In this document: positions 59,696 to 64,000 of the stretch, piece by piece | How the letters are laid out: the number at the start of each line of letters is the position of its first letter | Numbering within the stretch: position 1 is the first letter of the stretch | Source of the DNA: a virus | Length of the DNA stretch: 64,000 bases | Reading direction: 5' to 3' (one strand) | Virus record (IMG/VR): IMGVR_UViG_3300040801_001572 | Location: 1 to 64,000 of that record | Made by a program: the position numbers and the translations under genes | Notes under the pieces: generated by a model | The model's input: only the letters and a program-made list of their open reading frames with translations | What the model was told of the DNA's origin: nothing | The model's database searches: none

Positions 59696-59968
59696 ATGCT
59701 AGGGCAAGTTCTGAGTATTGCAAAGACAATAGGGTACTCAGATACAATTCAACGTTTCGTAATTAATGAACTTCGCAAAGATCTCAGTGATGATTGTGCG
59801 AGTGTTTGTAAGAAATGTGGCAGGAAAATATATCAGGTAGTGCTACAGAGCTATGTGAATCAATTGCCAAGAAAAAAGCGCATCTGTTCCCAGTGCGCTC
59901 ATTTAAAAGATGATTTTAAACCCAACTGCACATATCAAGCAGCTTGGGATAAAAATGTCAAGGTGTAG
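59696..59968 (+). CDS. small zinc-ribbon protein
   Basis: CKKC...CSQC. Confidence 0.55.
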   Translation: MLGQVLSIAKTIGYSDTIQRFVINELRKDLSDDCASVCKKCGRKIYQVVLQSYVNQLPRKKRICSQCAHLKDDFKPNCTYQAAWDKNVKV

Positions 59969-60464
59969 GTAACTTCTTATACACTTTCTTAAATAGCTTT
60001 TCGGCTTCTGGTGGGAATTGTGCTAGGGCTGGCTGAAATGGCTTGAGCCATACACGACGAATATCACTGCCTACTGATTCAAATGTGACACAGCCTGAAT
60101 GTTTCTGCATGTACATGGTCACAAATGCACTGATTCTCAAATCCACTGCACCCACAACTTCATCCTCAAATTGCTCACTGAAATGATCCCAGTGAGCTAA
60201 CCACTTGACTTCTCCTCTCTGCACAATTGCTTGTGTGAATTTTACCTGGCCGGTATTTTCTTCTAGATACACATCTGTTGATACTTCAGTGATTGTGTTG
60301 AGAAATTGTGGCTCCGAATGGTAAAATGGTTCCTGGAGGAACGGTAGCCATTGTATGTTTTGTGCGTCTAGTACACGAGTAAGATCATATACCCAGTTTA
60401 GCTTAGGGTATCTTGTGTATGCTTCTCTATCTATGCGGGGAAAATCATATTCTAGGTAATTCAT
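59958..60464 (-). CDS. hypothetical protein
   Basis: coupled to the upstream gene. Confidence 0.7.
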   Translation of the reverse strand: MNYLEYDFPRIDREAYTRYPKLNWVYDLTRVLDAQNIQWLPFLQEPFYHSEPQFLNTITEVSTDVYLEENTGQVKFTQAIVQRGEVKWLAHWDHFSEQFEDEVVGAVDLRISAFVTMYMQKHSGCVTFESVGSDIRRVWLKPFQPALAQFPPEAEKLFKKVYKKLPTP

Positions 60465-60682
60465 TACATGTACTCCCTTCCGTCTCCGCTCATTTTCTGT
60501 AGTGTCTTGTTGATCATTGTGATTATCTTTTTGCGGCTGATGTGATCAATTGCCCACGCTTGATCCCAGGTCACTCCGCCTCTCATCCAGTAACATATAT
60601 CAATAATCTGCTGGGTCAGTGCATTTGTGTCTCGATCTAAATCTTTAATGAACTCGGAAATCTCTTCAGGACTTCTGGTCAT
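60464..60682 (-). CDS. baseplate hub assembly protein (gp51-like)
   Basis: WMRGGVT...A; follows the gp26-like gene. Confidence 0.65.
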   Translation of the reverse strand: MTRSPEEISEFIKDLDRDTNALTQQIIDICYWMRGGVTWDQAWAIDHISRKKIITMINKTLQKMSGDGREYM

Positions 60683-61524
60683 TAAGACCCCATAAAAAAA
60701 TTTACAGGATTAAAGTCCACTGTAGATTTCCACTTGTGCTCGCACTTTTCACATGTAGCATCAAAATCTTTGCGCACACCGATTGAATTAATGCTAGAAA
60801 TAAGATTGTCTACAGCTTTGTAGGTTTTCTTATCGAGGTTAGCCATATATTCGTCTATGTGTGCTCGTTCTGTTACTTCCACTCCGTCTGGTGTAACAAT
60901 TTTCTGAATGCTGTTGATTAACAGCTCGATGTTTGTTTCTGATATCTTTTGATAGCTCTTAGAGAACAGAGCAAGTCTAGTGTCTTCGTCTATGTTTTCT
61001 TTTGCAAACACTTTGCTGGCTTTGATCTGTTCAAACTGAATTTTAAGGGCACTTACGCCGTCTTTATACGTGTACGGTCTTACGTATATGACTACCCCGC
61101 TCTCTGTGTGAACTGTGTATTCTGGGTCTAAATGATCCATTTGTGCCAAGTTTACACTGAGGTCAACGGTGTAAGTATTTTCGTGCTGACAGTTCGGACA
61201 AGGAGTTTTGATTTCCAAATCCTCTGCATATGTAGCGTGTCGAATACCAATCATAATAGCATCAACGTCGTTTGCCAGTAGCTGCTTTGGGTCTTTGATG
61301 CTAGGTGCACAGCTTTTGATAATATCTAGGATAGCATCGCCGTTAAGTAGTGCATCTGGATTTTTAGTGATCATTTCATCACGTGCTGTCATTGGCATGA
61401 TGCCAATTTCGCCTGAATCATTGAAGTCCACTACATCCGAGCCATAGTAGTTTGTGCCACTAGGCAAGCCGATGTAGATCTTTGTTGTCCTGAAATACTG
61501 TTGTAGCGGATTAGCTTCAGACAT
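60682..61524 (-). CDS. baseplate hub assembly protein (gp26-like)
   Basis: LPS...PMTA.DE...PDALLNG; IR.ATY; CPNC and CEKC. Confidence 0.8.
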   Translation of the reverse strand: MSEANPLQQYFRTTKIYIGLPSGTNYYGSDVVDFNDSGEIGIMPMTARDEMITKNPDALLNGDAILDIIKSCAPSIKDPKQLLANDVDAIMIGIRHATYAEDLEIKTPCPNCQHENTYTVDLSVNLAQMDHLDPEYTVHTESGVVIYVRPYTYKDGVSALKIQFEQIKASKVFAKENIDEDTRLALFSKSYQKISETNIELLINSIQKIVTPDGVEVTERAHIDEYMANLDKKTYKAVDNLISSINSIGVRKDFDATCEKCEHKWKSTVDFNPVNFFMGS

Positions 61525-61542
61525 TTCGCAGTCTCCAAAAAG

Positions 61543-61576
61543 GTAGATAAATAATAAACTACGACTATTTATCTAC
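61543..61576. promoter_or_regulatory. inverted pair of late-type promoters
   Basis: gtagataaata...tatttatctac between divergent late genes. Confidence 0.7.
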
Positions 61577-61599
61577 GTATTTAATGGTGGAAACAAAGA

Positions 61600-63666
61600 G
61601 TGGCTGATGGAGTAATTATTGAGGGCTATGGCCCCGGCGCGAAGCAGTGGGCAACTGAAGCTACTCAGGCTCAGGTACTAGCGACCCTGCAAAAGCTAGG
61701 CAGGCTTTCAGAAGACCAAATCAAAGAGATCAAAAAGGCAGCAGATGCCCAGTCTCCTGACGAATTGTTTAAAGGTGTCAAAAAAGAAGCAGACGAGCTA
61801 GACGAAGCTTTAGACGAACTAGAAAGTAGTACTAAAGGTCAAACCAAAGCCACAAAAGCAGCCACAAAAGAAACCAAAAACTATGCCGCAGCATTAGGTA
61901 AGTCTCTGCAAGAAACTGGTATTGCTACAGCAGCAACACTGGCAGCAGCAGGCACAGCATTCGCAGTTGGAGCAGCAGATCAGCTGCAGATGTACCTACA
62001 ATTAAATGCAGCAGGTATGAATTTAACTAGTTCAGTCGACGGAGTTCGCTCAGGGCTAGAAACATTTGCACGTTCAGCAGAAACAGCAGAATTAAGATTT
62101 GCTGATCTAGCAGATCTACAGCAACGTTACGGCAACGTACTAAACCTGTACGGTGTGCAACAGTTTGCTCGTGATTCTCAGCAACTAAACAATCAATTGA
62201 GTGTGCTAGGTTTTACTAGCCAAGAAACAGCAGAGTTCTTGTCTAGCTATGCAGAACAACAGCGTTTCTTTAGTCTCCAAGAACAGCTAGGCTCCCAAGA
62301 AAACATTAGACGAATAAACGAGTCTGCAAAAAGCTTAGATTCGTGGAGTAAGGTACTAGGTCGTTCCAGAACAGAGTTGTTAGATGATATCAAAGAAAGC
62401 CAGCAATCTAGTATAAATGTAGCAGGTTTCATTGCACAGCAGCTTGCAGGCGGAAACAACGATATTAAACAAGCAATGGCCGAAGTAGCCATCGGATTTG
62501 GTGATGCCGGTCAAGACGTAGCAGAATTATTTGCAGCTAGGGCAGCAGCAGAAGCTCCGATATTTCAACAATTAGCGATTACTGCACCTGATGCACTTAA
62601 TGCATTATTAGATATGCGTGAGCAGGTCAGAAACGGAGTAATACCTACCACAGAAGAAATGGCGAGAGTTACTTCGCTGGTAACTGATGCATCTATCACC
62701 TCAGCAAAGGCTATGGGTCCGTTGGGCGACGAAGCTATGGCAACTATTTTAAGTATGCAGAGGGCTAACGCAAATATAACGAAACGAGCAGAAATAGAAG
62801 CGAAAGAACAAGACAAAGCACTAGGTGCGCTTGCTGAGACAGCTAATGCTGTAACTAATGTTCAGGGTTCATTTGAAAGATCAGAGGCAAAAGCAGTCGG
62901 CACAGAAGAGTCGATGGACATTATAACTCGACAGTTAGATAAACTAGCTAACGAAGTGTTGGCACCTCAAAAGCTAGCTGAGATAACAGATAACATCGGT
63001 GAAGCAGGCGCAGACCTAATTTCAGCATTAGATGGTACTGCAAACGGATTGTTAGATCTGGCCAACGATATTATCAGTCCAGACTACAGTACAGGCGAAA
63101 TAATTGCTGCTGGTCTTGCAGGAATGTTCCTGAGTACCACGGTAGTAAAAGCAGCAGGTAGTGCTATTCTCGGCGGATTAGGAAAGTTATTAGGAGTTAA
63201 GTCCTTAGGCGGTGCACTAAGTACTACCGGAGCGGCCGCTGGCGGCCTTAGTACTGGCGCAGCTTTAGGAGTTGCAGGTGCAGGTATTGTAGGCTACGGT
63301 GCAGGCTCCCTCTTTAATACAGGGTACGAAAGATTAACTGGATCTTCTGTCGGTAGTGACTTGTTTGATTTCTTTACTGGTGGTAGCCAAGAAGCGCAAG
63401 TGGCTGCAATGCTATCTTCATCTAACGTTAATGTGAGAAACTCACCTGGTGTAATGCCTACTGATCAAGGAGCGTCAGTTAGTAAATCTACTCCTCCGAC
63501 GTCGGCTAGCTTAACCACATCCTCTAGTCAAACCACAATGGACTCGATAAATAGCTTGATATCGGTTGTTCAAGAACAAACTTCTGCAGTACACAGATCA
63601 AATGAACAGCTAGACATGGCAGTAAGCCACCTCAAACAGATTAGAAGAAACACGGAAGATACTTAA
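61600..63666 (+). CDS. tape-measure-like / tail-length determinant (gp29-like)
   Basis: long Ala/Gln-rich helical protein with Gly-rich hydrophobic segments; next to gp26-like and portal genes. Confidence 0.6.
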   Translation: MADGVIIEGYGPGAKQWATEATQAQVLATLQKLGRLSEDQIKEIKKAADAQSPDELFKGVKKEADELDEALDELESSTKGQTKATKAATKETKNYAAALGKSLQETGIATAATLAAAGTAFAVGAADQLQMYLQLNAAGMNLTSSVDGVRSGLETFARSAETAELRFADLADLQQRYGNVLNLYGVQQFARDSQQLNNQLSVLGFTSQETAEFLSSYAEQQRFFSLQEQLGSQENIRRINESAKSLDSWSKVLGRSRTELLDDIKESQQSSINVAGFIAQQLAGGNNDIKQAMAEVAIGFGDAGQDVAELFAARAAAEAPIFQQLAITAPDALNALLDMREQVRNGVIPTTEEMARVTSLVTDASITSAKAMGPLGDEAMATILSMQRANANITKRAEIEAKEQDKALGALAETANAVTNVQGSFERSEAKAVGTEESMDIITRQLDKLANEVLAPQKLAEITDNIGEAGADLISALDGTANGLLDLANDIISPDYSTGEIIAAGLAGMFLSTTVVKAAGSAILGGLGKLLGVKSLGGALSTTGAAAGGLSTGAALGVAGAGIVGYGAGSLFNTGYERLTGSSVGSDLFDFFTGGSQEAQVAAMLSSSNVNVRNSPGVMPTDQGASVSKSTPPTSASLTTSSSQTTMDSINSLISVVQEQTSAVHRSNEQLDMAVSHLKQIRRNTEDT

Positions 63667-64000
63667 TGTCTTGGAAAAAACATTTTCGACCAGTCAACTC
63701 GGTGTTGCCTGCACAGTCTAGAAACATAGACAGCTCGTATGCTAGCGCAAGCAAGTACAATTCTTGGCTGCCGGAAGTGTATGCAGGTCCGCCTGACAGA
63801 TTGCAGCGTTACAACATATACGAAACAATGAATCTGGACCATGAGATTCATGCAGCCCTAGACACTATTGCTGATTTTTCAACAGAAGAAGATAACGAGA
63901 CTAAACTTCCGTTTGTGTTTGAGTGGGGTGATGATCCTACTCCGAACGAAATGCAAATCTTAGAAAAGAGTTTGCGTCAATGGTGTATTCTGAACGAATG
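63666..64000 (+). CDS. portal protein (gp20-like), 3' truncated by window edge
   Basis: MSWKKHF...WLPEVYAG.P.R..RY..YE.M..D.EI.AALD.IA.F. Confidence 0.85.
   Translation, partial: MSWKKHFRPVNSVLPAQSRNIDSSYASASKYNSWLPEVYAGPPDRLQRYNIYETMNLDHEIHAALDTIADFSTEEDNETKLPFVFEWGDDPTPNEMQILEKSLRQWCILNE

Noticed and set aside
1-64000. Alternative genetic code, DGR or retron
   Set aside because: Long genes are intact in the standard code, and no reverse transcriptase or suppressor tRNA is in the window.

Overview
A 64-kb segment of a large myovirus with T4-like core genes; no host genes or CRISPR array were recognised. (1) About 1-18 kb: an early region of small + strand genes in cassettes, each behind a near-consensus sigma70 promoter. 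The promoters share an extra (C/T)AGTTAG(G/A) leader motif. The region also holds tRNA-Arg(UCU), a ~430-nt promoter/terminator-bounded structured RNA, an AAA+ ATPase and a SprT-like protease. (2) About 18-28.5 kb: ~39 tightly overlapping small membrane-protein ORFs, interrupted by a ~390-bp non-coding gap and followed by four small soluble paralogs. (3) 28.5-52.8 kb, - strand: baseplate/tail module (two fibre-like paralogs, a 3488-aa wedge protein with a C-terminal alpha/beta-hydrolase, gp6-, gp25-, gp5/VgrG-, hub-, gp53- and gp48/54-like genes) with a free-standing HNH nuclease. (4) 52.9-64 kb: gp55-like late sigma factor, a small gene apparently split by a ~175-nt structured insertion, two GIY-YIG nucleases, gp47/gp46 (Mre11/Rad50), a second ~500-nt structured RNA, gp51/gp26-like genes, a tape-measure-like gene and the portal 5' end. 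Best candidate for a new system: the RNA at ~3.15-3.59 kb carries a 17-nt segment complementary to the leader + Shine-Dalgarno shared by many early mRNAs. All calls are by-eye motif recognition; no searches or folding programs were run.
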